From positions 14,924 to 78,923 of IMG/VR virus record IMGVR_UViG_3300006204_000008: 64,000 nucleotides of DNA; one strand, written 5' to 3'. Below the pieces are notes generated by a model. It searched no databases. It saw only the letters and a list, made by a program, of their open reading frames with translations, and had not been told where the DNA came from. Numbering within the stretch: position 1 is the first letter of the stretch; each line of letters opens with the position of its first letter. Source of the stretch: a virus (taxonomy: Duplodnaviria; Caudoviricetes). Of the stretch, positions 1-7,810 are shown piece by piece. Both the position numbers and the translations under genes were made by a program.

Positions 1-466
1 GCGGCATCCCATGATAGATGGTCGGGAGGCTGCAATCTGGGTCAATGTACTGCCGCAGGACAACTCCGTTGATGAATTGATCCGCACACAAGGCATGGTA
101 GATCATGCTCAGTGCGCTGTCACCCAAGTCGTGGTCCGTCATGTCCTCCGTGATTTTGGTTTTGCCGAACCAGAACTTGTGGGAGGTCAGGCTGGACTTG
201 AGAAAAAGGGGATAGGAACATCCCAGGGAAGTGACCGCTTCCCAGACATACGGGCGAAGCCACGCGCCGAATTTTACGATCATTTCCGGCGCGTAATCAT
301 CACTGCTTACCCAGCAGAACCAATCATAGGGCAGCGGGATAAATATGCTTCTGGGTGAGGGCAGATACCCGGAAAGTTGGTAGTACCAGTTGTTGAAGGC
401 GTTGGGGTTGTCGCTGGCCTCCGCGAATACCCTTTGCATAAATTTTTCGTACTCTTCTTTGCTCAA
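1..466 (-). CDS. Hypothetical protein, possibly ATP-grasp-like; truncated by window edge (not in ORF track)
   Basis: Open frame from TTG at 466 (SD AGGAGG, TTGA overlap with upstream stop): MSKEEYEKFMQRVF...YPLFLKSSLTSHKF...GVVLRQYIDPDCSLPTIYHGMP, no stop before base 1. Confidence 0.7.
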   Translation of the reverse strand, partial: MSKEEYEKFMQRVFAEASDNPNAFNNWYYQLSGYLPSPRSIFIPLPYDWFCWVSSDDYAPEMIVKFGAWLRPYVWEAVTSLGCSYPLFLKSSLTSHKFWFGKTKITEDMTDHDLGDSALSMIYHALCADQFINGVVLRQYIDPDCSLPTIYHGMP

Positions 467-648
467 GACGGGTCCCTCCTTCCCCTCTCTTCGATCTCCA
501 CCATCTCCAGCACCTGCGCCCCCTGGGGCAGACGCAGTGCCGCCCCTGATTTGCTGAAATCCAATATCTCTACCTGAATGGGGTCAGGGGAAGAGGGGAT
601 TGTGTAGAGGACGGAATACTTTTTGAGACGGGCGTTGGCTCGTAACAT
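463..648 (-). CDS. Small hypothetical protein (61 aa)
   Basis: AAGGAGG SD before ATG; stop overlaps next start. Confidence 0.7.
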   Translation of the reverse strand: MLRANARLKKYSVLYTIPSSPDPIQVEILDFSKSGAALRLPQGAQVLEMVEIEERGRRDPS

Positions 649-710
649 CGCTTCAACCTCCTTACTCTGTACCGTTCTTTTTTTATTCTACCACCCTTGC
701 GAAATGATGC

Positions 711-751
711 TTGACTATAGGTTAAACCCATGTTATAATAGGTTTAACCTA
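711..751 (+). promoter_or_regulatory. SigA promoter with flanking 11-bp inverted-repeat operator
   Basis: TTGACT(711-716)-17 bp-TG.TATAAT(734-739); TAGGTTAAACC(718-728)/GGTTTAACCTA(741-751) perfect inverted repeat. Confidence 0.75.
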
Positions 752-770
752 ATGGAGAAGGGGATACAAA

Positions 771-944
771 ATGCCAGACACCCAAGCGAAAAAGGAATGG
801 GGGAAGCGCAACACAACCTTCATCGGCCTGAAACTGAACAACCGGACCGACCGCGACATCCTTCAGGCTCTGGAAGGGAAGGCGAAACAGACGGAAATCA
901 AACGGCTGATCCGCCTTGCCCTGGAAAAACAAAAAGGGGAGTGA
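771..944 (+). CDS. Ribbon-helix-helix-type small DNA-binding protein (57 aa; not in ORF track)
   Basis: MPDTQAKKEWGKRNTTFIGLKLNNRTDRDILQALEGKAKQTEIKRLIRLALEKQKGE; alternating beta-strand pattern FIGLKL then two helices; SD upstream. Confidence 0.75.
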   Translation: MPDTQAKKEWGKRNTTFIGLKLNNRTDRDILQALEGKAKQTEIKRLIRLALEKQKGE

Positions 945-949
945 AATCT

Positions 950-1966
950 ATGGCAAAGCTGGCCGGGGAGAAGTGGCAGCAGGCCACAGAGGAATATTTG
1001 GAGAACATGAGGGCGACAGGTCAGGCCGCAGCAAGTCTGCGGAATATGACCCAGACCTTGGAGCAGTTCGGGACGTTTTGGACCGAGCAGGCCGAGACAG
1101 AGGGCCGTGACCTGGCTGATCCCGCTTTTTCCGACGTGCTCCAGTGGAGAAACAGTCTTGTGGCCCGTGGACTGAAGCCCCGGACCGTGGAAAAGTACCT
1201 GACCCGTTTGGGGGCGTTCTTTTCTTATGCCTCAGATCCTTGCCTGGGGGAAGGGCGGTACTATGACAGCAGCCCGGTTTCCAAGCGTTTGAAGCCGGAC
1301 CTGCGGAAGGTGGACGCGCGGCCTTATGACATCATCCTCACCGACGAGCAGGCCGCGAAACTTTGGGACAGCAGTCTGCCGCCCAGCCGCAAGAACCACT
1401 ACAAGGAATGGCCCCGGAACTATGCCATCGTGGTGATGTTTCTTTCCACTGAGCTGCGCAACAGTGAGCTGCGGGCCCTTCGCCTGGGGGATCTGGATTT
1501 TGCGGCCGGAGAGATCACAGTGGAGCGGGGCAAAGGGGATAAGTTTCGGGTGGTGGAGTTCCCCGCCGTGGCACAGACCGCGGTGCAGTTGTACCTGCGT
1601 TCCGATGCCGCGCCACCGGAACGGGAAGCGGGTACCCTGCTCTTTGGACACGCCAGGAACGGCCTGTGGGGGGCGTTTACCTTGACGGGTATCTCATCGC
1701 TGGTGGAGCGCCATGTGCGCACGGTGACGGGCGTGGAGGGCGTGACAAGCCACGATCTGCGTCATGTCGGGGCAAGGCTGGATCTCAATAACGGAATGCG
1801 GCTGGAAGAGCTGCAAGCAAAGCTGGGCCATTCCAGCTATGACACCACACAGATCTACTCCGGCAGGCTCACTGCCCGCCGGGGGCAGCAGAAGGCCCGG
1901 GAGGTCTTTGCGGAGCGGGAGCGGCAGGCAGAGAAAAACGCCGCAAGGCTGCAGGAAGCTGTGTGA
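950..1966 (+). CDS. Tyrosine recombinase (XerC/integrase family)
   Basis: Catalytic residues LRNSEL (R), KGDK (K), HDLRH (H-x-x-R), LGH, TTQIY (Y); N-terminal SAM-like core-binding region; start moved to ATG 950 behind GGGGAG. Confidence 0.9.
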   Translation: MAKLAGEKWQQATEEYLENMRATGQAAASLRNMTQTLEQFGTFWTEQAETEGRDLADPAFSDVLQWRNSLVARGLKPRTVEKYLTRLGAFFSYASDPCLGEGRYYDSSPVSKRLKPDLRKVDARPYDIILTDEQAAKLWDSSLPPSRKNHYKEWPRNYAIVVMFLSTELRNSELRALRLGDLDFAAGEITVERGKGDKFRVVEFPAVAQTAVQLYLRSDAAPPEREAGTLLFGHARNGLWGAFTLTGISSLVERHVRTVTGVEGVTSHDLRHVGARLDLNNGMRLEELQAKLGHSSYDTTQIYSGRLTARRGQQKAREVFAERERQAEKNAARLQEAV

Positions 1967-2076
1967 GAGAGGAAAATACCAGGGGGTTCCCTGTTTGAAT
2001 AGAGAAGTTTTGAGAAAGAGACACGGCTGGCTACCGTGCCTCTCACCGTAAGTTTATTGTAATAGGAGAATGGATT

Positions 2077-3057
2077 TTGAAAAAACAACTCGGATGCTTT
2101 GTCCTCGTTTTGATTTGTGCAGCATCTTTGACGCTTGGAGGATGCGGACAAAGTCTGAATGAAAATTTTTCTGAGGCTTTGGAGGAAGCAGGGTATAGGG
2201 TGAATTCTGTATCGGTTTCTGACCCAAAAACAAAAATAAACGGGAAACAGGTTGAACTTAGCATTGAGAATGAAACCCTCTCAAAGGACGATTATGAAGC
2301 GATCCAGGAAATAGCGAACAGTGTTTACAAAAAGGAGAACAATTTTTCTGTTTTGCTGTCCATCGCTTATGATAACGGGAAAGAAAACTATTCCTATTTG
2401 GATGAAGTATATGGGATGACGCCGGAGGAGGCAAAAGAAAACCAAGGGAAGCCAAAAGCGGGGAAGCAGAAGGAGTTCGATTCAAAATCCGGGAGCGAAA
2501 ACGCTGGGATCGGCGCAAAAGAGGGCAGCGGACTGGGGAAGTATGCCTATGAAGGATCACAAGGAGAAGCGCAAAAAGAAACCCAAACGCATACTACACA
2601 AGAACCAAAAGAAGAAACCTCTTTCTGGGGACGATCTCAAAAAAGCGTCCTGGATGCGGTAGCTTCCCGCATGAGCAAATTAGAACTGGATGGTGAGATA
2701 GGCGTATACAAAACCACCAATGAATATGGAGACCTTTATATCCCGACCGTAAACGGGACACCGACACAAAACTCTTTATCCTTCACCGCAAACACCGCCA
2801 ACGGCGTGGACGAACCCACAGTGTTGTGCCTTGACATCGGGGACAGCGATTCCAATACAGGATTCACAGCAGCTGCCTGCTGCCTAATCCAAGAAGCAAC
2901 CGGGAAGGAATGGAGCGAAACATTTGAAGAGTTTATGGCTCTCTTCATCGGCGCAACAACGGCCCCAGGGGAAAGCTATACAGACACATTCGGCGGGCAG
3001 GAACTCCGCATGATAAGCGACGGGAGTAACGTAATTTTTAAGATAACTGCGCCTTAA
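2077..3057 (+). CDS. Lipoprotein moron
   Basis: Signal peptide with lipobox LTLGGC; visibly AT-rich relative to flanks. Confidence 0.75.
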   Translation: MKKQLGCFVLVLICAASLTLGGCGQSLNENFSEALEEAGYRVNSVSVSDPKTKINGKQVELSIENETLSKDDYEAIQEIANSVYKKENNFSVLLSIAYDNGKENYSYLDEVYGMTPEEAKENQGKPKAGKQKEFDSKSGSENAGIGAKEGSGLGKYAYEGSQGEAQKETQTHTTQEPKEETSFWGRSQKSVLDAVASRMSKLELDGEIGVYKTTNEYGDLYIPTVNGTPTQNSLSFTANTANGVDEPTVLCLDIGDSDSNTGFTAAACCLIQEATGKEWSETFEEFMALFIGATTAPGESYTDTFGGQELRMISDGSNVIFKITAP

Positions 3058-3122
3058 ACAGTGGTGGTAAGTTACCGCTTTTTCGGTGTAGAAACTATGA
3101 ATTTTCGAGAGGAGAGATCAAA

Positions 3123-4622
3123 ATGAAAGGGAAAAATCTGATTCACCACCTAGTCTCAATCGCTTTGGTTTTTGCGTTGGCTGGAATCAGTACAACGGCC
3201 TTTGCAGTGGAGGAAGGACTTCAAAACTTCAAGAAAGTGAACACCTATGAGGATGGGATGTTTTTGGACGTGGGAAGCGATCATTGGGCCAGGGATAACG
3301 TGAAGCTGGCCTATGAAGTAGGGATCATGAAGGGTACTGGTTCTCAATTCAACCCAAACAGCAATGTATCCGAGCTCGAAGCAATCACCATGGCTGCACG
3401 TCTGCACAGTATATACCATACGGGGAAAGAAGATTTCCAGCAGGGATCTCCTTGGTATCAGTGTTATGTGGACTACGCAAAAGAAAATGGTATCATCCCG
3501 GAAGGAATAGTATCTTTTGAAAAGAGTGCCTGCCGTTCGTTGTTTGTTGATATTCTTTACAAAGCTTTCCCGGAGGATGGGTTCAAAAAGATAAACGAGA
3601 TTTCCAATATACCGGATGTGGATAGGAATGACTTGATTAACGGGGAAGAAATATATCAGTTTTATGAAGCTGGAATTTTAACAGGAGCGGACAAAGATGG
3701 CTCTTTTAATGAAATTGGGGATATTCGCAGGAGCGAAGCGGCTGCAATTATCAGCCGCATGGTTGATGAATCACTCAGAATAAAAACCACACAACCTGAT
3801 TTCAAGCATTATTACCAGGATGATCCTCTCGTTTTGGACTTTGGGTATTACTGTGACGTAGATTTGAATAAAAAATATCGAGAGGGAAACACAAATGTTT
3901 ACCTTTATGAAGTGTTTTACCAGACCGAAAAAGGGCAAAAAATGATTGATTTTCACCAATGGCAAGATCGTTTAGCTGGAGAAGGATTTGTGCTGTCTGG
4001 TAGTGAAAGCCGTGATCGCGGCTATGCAACATTCTTTACGAAAGGTGACGTTGTTATAAAGGCTGGAATCTATCAAACAAATTATTTCATGGTTGAGGTT
4101 GGGAAAAAAGGAGAGATTGATGCACCCTCTCAGGAGGAAAGTAAAATTTCCACAGTGGAAAAAATGGTAGCATATCTCAACAAAAATATGAACGAAATCA
4201 AAACGCCGATGGGGAATATCTCGGTTGAAACAACTATCAGCGTGAACAACCGGAGTTATAATCTATACGATTGGCATATTCAATCTGATCCCGGCGCTAG
4301 TATGGTGTTTTTTAACTTGGAATATTCCATCGAGCACACGAAAGAACAAAAGAAAGAAACAATAGAAGCGTTGAGAGCATACCAAAAGGGAGTATACGAT
4401 ATCATTTCTAAATATTTCCCGGATAAGAAACTGTACGGCGGTTATTACTCTGGGTTTTACCAATATCCTAACCTACAGGTTGGTTATGATACGATAAAAG
4501 CATTCTCGTGGATGAATTATACCCCAAGCGAGTATATGGGTATCGAGGATGATGCCTACTACTCTTCTAAAATTACTGATTTCCATTGGGTTTCGACCTA
4601 TGACGATTATGTTTTCGACTGA
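3123..4622 (+). CDS. Secreted S-layer homology (SLH) domain protein (moron)
   Basis: Signal peptide; SLH motifs FLDVGSDHWARDNVKLAYEVGIMKG..FNPNSNVSELEAITMAAR and GILTG.DKDGSFN..GDIRRSEAAAIISR. Confidence 0.85.
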   Translation: MKGKNLIHHLVSIALVFALAGISTTAFAVEEGLQNFKKVNTYEDGMFLDVGSDHWARDNVKLAYEVGIMKGTGSQFNPNSNVSELEAITMAARLHSIYHTGKEDFQQGSPWYQCYVDYAKENGIIPEGIVSFEKSACRSLFVDILYKAFPEDGFKKINEISNIPDVDRNDLINGEEIYQFYEAGILTGADKDGSFNEIGDIRRSEAAAIISRMVDESLRIKTTQPDFKHYYQDDPLVLDFGYYCDVDLNKKYREGNTNVYLYEVFYQTEKGQKMIDFHQWQDRLAGEGFVLSGSESRDRGYATFFTKGDVVIKAGIYQTNYFMVEVGKKGEIDAPSQEESKISTVEKMVAYLNKNMNEIKTPMGNISVETTISVNNRSYNLYDWHIQSDPGASMVFFNLEYSIEHTKEQKKETIEALRAYQKGVYDIISKYFPDKKLYGGYYSGFYQYPNLQVGYDTIKAFSWMNYTPSEYMGIEDDAYYSSKITDFHWVSTYDDYVFD

Positions 4623-4670
4623 AGGCTTAAACGAGAAAAGTTGCTGCGCGGCAAGAAGATGATAGAGACG

Positions 4671-4708
4671 CTGGCCCCCGCCTGGTACTTCCGGCGGGGG
4701 CCAGTTTT
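4671..4708. terminator. Intrinsic terminator between convergent genes
   Basis: 12-bp stem CTGGCCCCCGCC/GGCGGGGGCCAG followed by TTTT. Confidence 0.8.
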
Positions 4709-4741
4709 GGATTGATGTATAAGGGCATGATGTCAGGCACA

Positions 4742-5080
4742 TCATTCATCTGCTCCGGCCCTGTCCAGTTTAGACAGCAGCTTCTCATAGGTAGCTTTTA
4801 GCTCTGGACTCATTTCCTCGTGGGCGAGTTTCGGTTCTCCTCGGAGTTCTCCAAGGATATCCTGGTAAGTTTCCTGCGCGGCCGGAGACCATCGAGATTG
4901 GGGAGGATTGCGTCCTTCGGCTGCTCGTATTCCATAAAACTTTTCGAGCTGACATAGCAGCTCATGCTGAGCATTCTCAACGAATCGGAAGCTGCGGTAG
5001 AGCCAGATAAAAACGCCCAATGCCCCACACAGTACGCCGAGAAGAAAGAGCGCCCCCAGAAAGTAAGGATTACCGCTCAT
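4742..5080 (-). CDS. Hypothetical membrane protein
   Basis: N-terminal hydrophobic helix YFLGALFLLGVLCGALGVFIWLY; SD GGAGAGG. Confidence 0.7.
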   Translation of the reverse strand: MSGNPYFLGALFLLGVLCGALGVFIWLYRSFRFVENAQHELLCQLEKFYGIRAAEGRNPPQSRWSPAAQETYQDILGELRGEPKLAHEEMSPELKATYEKLLSKLDRAGADE

Positions 5081-5291
5081 TGTCGGCATCCTCTCCAATC
5101 AAATCCAAAAGCGTGACAAGGTCGTAGAAGCACTTGGGAGACAGGCCCGTCTTTCCGAGAACGGACTTGATCCGCCTCTCTACCCAGGTTTGAGACATAT
5201 CCAGGTCCTGACAAACACGAGAGGTTTTCAAATCGCTGCGGGCCATAGAGGCGATTACCATTTTCTCTTCTGGCGTGAGTGTTTTTGACAT
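5070..5291 (-). CDS. Small HTH DNA-binding protein (PucR/LuxR C-terminal-like)
   Basis: SRVCQDLDMSQTWVERRIKSVLGKTGLSPKCFYDL matches phage HTH pattern; SD AAGGAGG. Confidence 0.7.
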   Translation of the reverse strand: MSKTLTPEEKMVIASMARSDLKTSRVCQDLDMSQTWVERRIKSVLGKTGLSPKCFYDLVTLLDLIGEDADNER

Positions 5292-5310
5292 GGCGCGTAT
5301 TCCTCCTTCC

Positions 5311-5340
5311 GGGGTCTTGAATTGTGGCGGTTCTCATTTT
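5311..5340 (-). promoter_or_regulatory. Repeated early-gene upstream element, copy 1
   Basis: 30 bp, 29/30 identical to 9967-9996; both lie just upstream of a leftward SD+ATG. Confidence 0.7.
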
Positions 5341-5582
5341 GTACAAATTCCTCCCCTGGGTTTCCCCAGGGGAGGCTTGAACAGGAGGTAGGTGCGGTAT
5401 GCGTCCAGGTCAGCCCGCTGGAGCCGAGAGGCACCAAGACCCTTGTGATGCACGGGGTGGTACGGTCTGCCGGAGCTGCCCCGTCGTATCTGCTGGCCGG
5501 ATGTGATGTGTAAAGACCTCCAACCAACTTCACCCGGCGCGTCTGCAAATAAATCGGCATCAGCCTGAAAATAAATCTTCAT
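5334..5582 (-). CDS. Possible small hypothetical protein
   Basis: 82-aa ORF, weak SD; lies in the leftward operon. Confidence 0.35.
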   Translation of the reverse strand: MKIYFQADADLFADAPGEVGWRSLHITSGQQIRRGSSGRPYHPVHHKGLGASRLQRADLDAYRTYLLFKPPLGKPRGGICTK

Positions 5583-5604
5583 TTTCCGGTGCTTACTTTA
5601 CACA

Positions 5605-5850
5605 TCTGGGCACGCATCTTTTCAGTTCAATAACCCGTTGGCGACGTGCCTGCCCACCTCTCGTTATGGTGTATCCGGCGTCACTCTCCGTCGTGTCACA
5701 GTTGCTATCGGTCTGTATTCCGTCCGGCTTCCACGGATGGGAGCGACCCAGCTATTGCCCCGCTTAGATTATCAAACATCCCAGTAAGCTGGTCTCCGCA
5801 AAGGCTAACCCCCATTTTCGGTACATGACCGGGATGTAGTTTTCAGCAGG
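5605..5850 (-). ncRNA. Candidate multi-stem structured ncRNA
   Basis: No credible ORF; several complementary segments, e.g. 5829-5837 with 5776-5784, 5741-5747 with 5680-5686, 5733-5737 with 5719-5723, 5645-5650 with 5609-5614, 5750-5757 with 5628-5635. Confidence 0.55.
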
Positions 5851-5852
5851 AT

Positions 5853-5930
5853 GGCCGCTGGCCGGATTTGAACCGGCAACCCTTGAGGGCCATTTCCTCC
5901 CTCCGGCTCTGCCTATTGAGCTACAGCGGC
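5853..5930 (-). tRNA. tRNA-like element with aberrant anticodon arm (pseudo-tRNA)
   Basis: GCCGCTG/CAGCGGC acceptor, GCTC/GAGC D-stem, GCCGG-TTCAAAT-CCGGC T-arm; anticodon arm GAGGG-AGGAAATGG-CCCTC has a 9-nt loop; no encoded CCA. Confidence 0.7.
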
Positions 5931-6194
5931 ATAGTCGGGCGCTGAACGGTTAAAACAGCAGCCCTATACTATTCTCTCATAAAGCGCGTTGAATAAATTT
6001 TACCGTTTTTGGGTTGGAACCATGGCCGGCCAAGCCGTGGGCCCAGGGTGCCGTCTGTTCCGAGCTGCCAAAACTATAGAAAGAAAAGAGGGGCTTCACT
6101 TCCTTTCGTTTTTGAGTTGGCCTATAGATGGTCCATGGGCTTTCCCATCCCTGGGGAAGCTGTGGAACCTCCCTATTTATAGAATACCATGGGC

Positions 6195-7328
6195 TCAAAA
6201 TAGCCCAATCTGCACTGGCTTGAAGGCTTCCTTTTGCTTTAGAAGCGCTTCGATCCGCTCCGGGTCCAATAATTTATACACCCGGCGTTTTTGGTATTGC
6301 TCCAGGTTATCCCACCCGTTGGAGAGAACCAGCCGCTCTGCCCGCTGGACCATTCTTTCCTGTGCGGCCTTTCGCCGGGCTGTTTTCTGCTCCTTGGCCT
6401 CTTTGAGCTCGTCTGCCGCATGGGTCACATGGACGCCGTCTGCAACGTCCTGCAAGTCCTGAAGGATATCTCGGGTATCTCTCCGAGCCGCACGAAAGTT
6501 CAAAAGCTCGATCTGGAGCGTTTTATCAAAAAACATTGCACTCCAATAGCGGTCCATAACATGATGTGTAATTTTGCGCTGGGCGAATTGTATGATAGCC
6601 TCGCAGATGGTCATGGAAACTGGCTTTGGCAGCAGCTTGCAGCCCTTCTCAATGCTGACCCTTTTCTCATCCGGGAACAAACCATTTCCTTTTTCTACCC
6701 AGGTTTTCTTTACGTCGTAAAAGACATTTCCCTTTTGAGGTACCAGGTCCTTTCCCAATATGCCGCAATGTGTACAGCCTAGGTTCATCTGAGCACAGTC
6801 AATCGGGTTATAATGGGTCCTCCAGGTCTTGCTTGTACGGCCGTAGCGGCTTTGATGGCGGCAGACACGGCCCTTGTGCGCACGCTCGAAAGCGTTCCAA
6901 CGTTCTTCGGCCTCCTGCCATACTTGCTTATGGGCTTCCTCCACGCTACCCTCAAAGGTGTAGGGACGAGTGGTTGGGTGACAGTTACAAGAGAAAAGGA
7001 TATCGTCTGGGTTGCTTCCGTAGCGTTCCTTCTGAAGAAGCGGATGCCGAAGGGGACACGGCTCGGCAGGGAAACGGGGGCAAGTGATCACTGGGTTGTC
7101 GTTCTCGGGGCGCCAGTCAATCCCATGAAAAGACATATAACCATTACTAAAGCCTGCGCCGGAAATCAGGAGGCCGCAGGGAGTCTCAAAGGTTATGTTT
7201 CCCCGGGTCTGGGGGGCATAGGTCCAGCCGCCTTCCAAGGGGTCATAGTTCCGCATACCGGGGGGTGTATCTTCCGGGGTGTATCCCTGCGCCAGGAGAC
7301 GGCGGGTTAGGCTGTTGATCTCTTTCAT
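6195..7328 (-). CDS. Hypothetical protein, Cys-rich (377 aa)
   Basis: Long ORF, 4-nt overlap with upstream gene, several CxxC/CxH motifs. Confidence 0.85.
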   Translation of the reverse strand: MKEINSLTRRLLAQGYTPEDTPPGMRNYDPLEGGWTYAPQTRGNITFETPCGLLISGAGFSNGYMSFHGIDWRPENDNPVITCPRFPAEPCPLRHPLLQKERYGSNPDDILFSCNCHPTTRPYTFEGSVEEAHKQVWQEAEERWNAFERAHKGRVCRHQSRYGRTSKTWRTHYNPIDCAQMNLGCTHCGILGKDLVPQKGNVFYDVKKTWVEKGNGLFPDEKRVSIEKGCKLLPKPVSMTICEAIIQFAQRKITHHVMDRYWSAMFFDKTLQIELLNFRAARRDTRDILQDLQDVADGVHVTHAADELKEAKEQKTARRKAAQERMVQRAERLVLSNGWDNLEQYQKRRVYKLLDPERIEALLKQKEAFKPVQIGLF

Positions 7329-7558
7329 AGGCCAGGACAGGGGACAAGGCCAAAGTGATTCTCCATGGTGTCCCGGAGCTCTGTTACAGTTAGGCCGTAT
7401 TCTTCTGCAATGCAGCTTTCGCAGACGATAGACTGATAGCCCAAGGCCCGAGAGATCCGTTTTTCCCAGCTGTTGGTGCGTCCACTGCAGAGTGGGCAGC
7501 GGATATTGTCATACCAGCGGAGCTTTTGGGCGTTTGTATAGACTGCTTTCTCAGACAT
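7325..7558 (-). CDS. Small zinc-finger-like protein
   Basis: CPLC...CESC; SD GAGGAGG. Confidence 0.75.
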   Translation of the reverse strand: MSEKAVYTNAQKLRWYDNIRCPLCSGRTNSWEKRISRALGYQSIVCESCIAEEYGLTVTELRDTMENHFGLVPCPGL

Positions 7559-7810
7559 CGTAAAACCTCCTCATTGTGCCCTGGCATTCGCTGTGGGCGC
7601 TTTTGTTTTCTTTTGGGTGTAATCGGCTAAGACTTGGAAAAAGCCGTCTGAGCGGGATACAAGCCCTGCTTCTTAATTCCATCGTAACATGGGGACAAAA
7701 TCAAAAGGTATTTGACAGAAACAGGGGTCTGAGATTCTGGTGGGGCTCGATTCCATATGCCGGAGGGCATTCTGCCAGATAGGGGACCACGGCCCCCTGC
7801 TGGCCCCTCG

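Noticed and set aside
11-358. Plus-strand 115-aa ORF at the left edge
   Set aside because: Shadow of the real minus-strand gene starting at 466
718-751. dif-like crossover site for the tyrosine recombinase
   Set aside because: Spacer is 12 bp rather than 6-8 bp and contains the -10 box; an operator fits better
623-949. N-terminal extension of the tyrosine recombinase in the ORF track
   Set aside because: Spans a promoter and the 57-aa RHH gene in another frame; true start is ATG 950
5853-5930. Functional tRNA or tRNA-based attP
   Set aside because: Anticodon loop is non-canonical, and it is far from both recombinase genes
5977-6198. 73-aa minus-strand ORF, and the 7627-7923 ORF tail
   Set aside because: No convincing SD; cannot be distinguished from intergenic sequence without homologues
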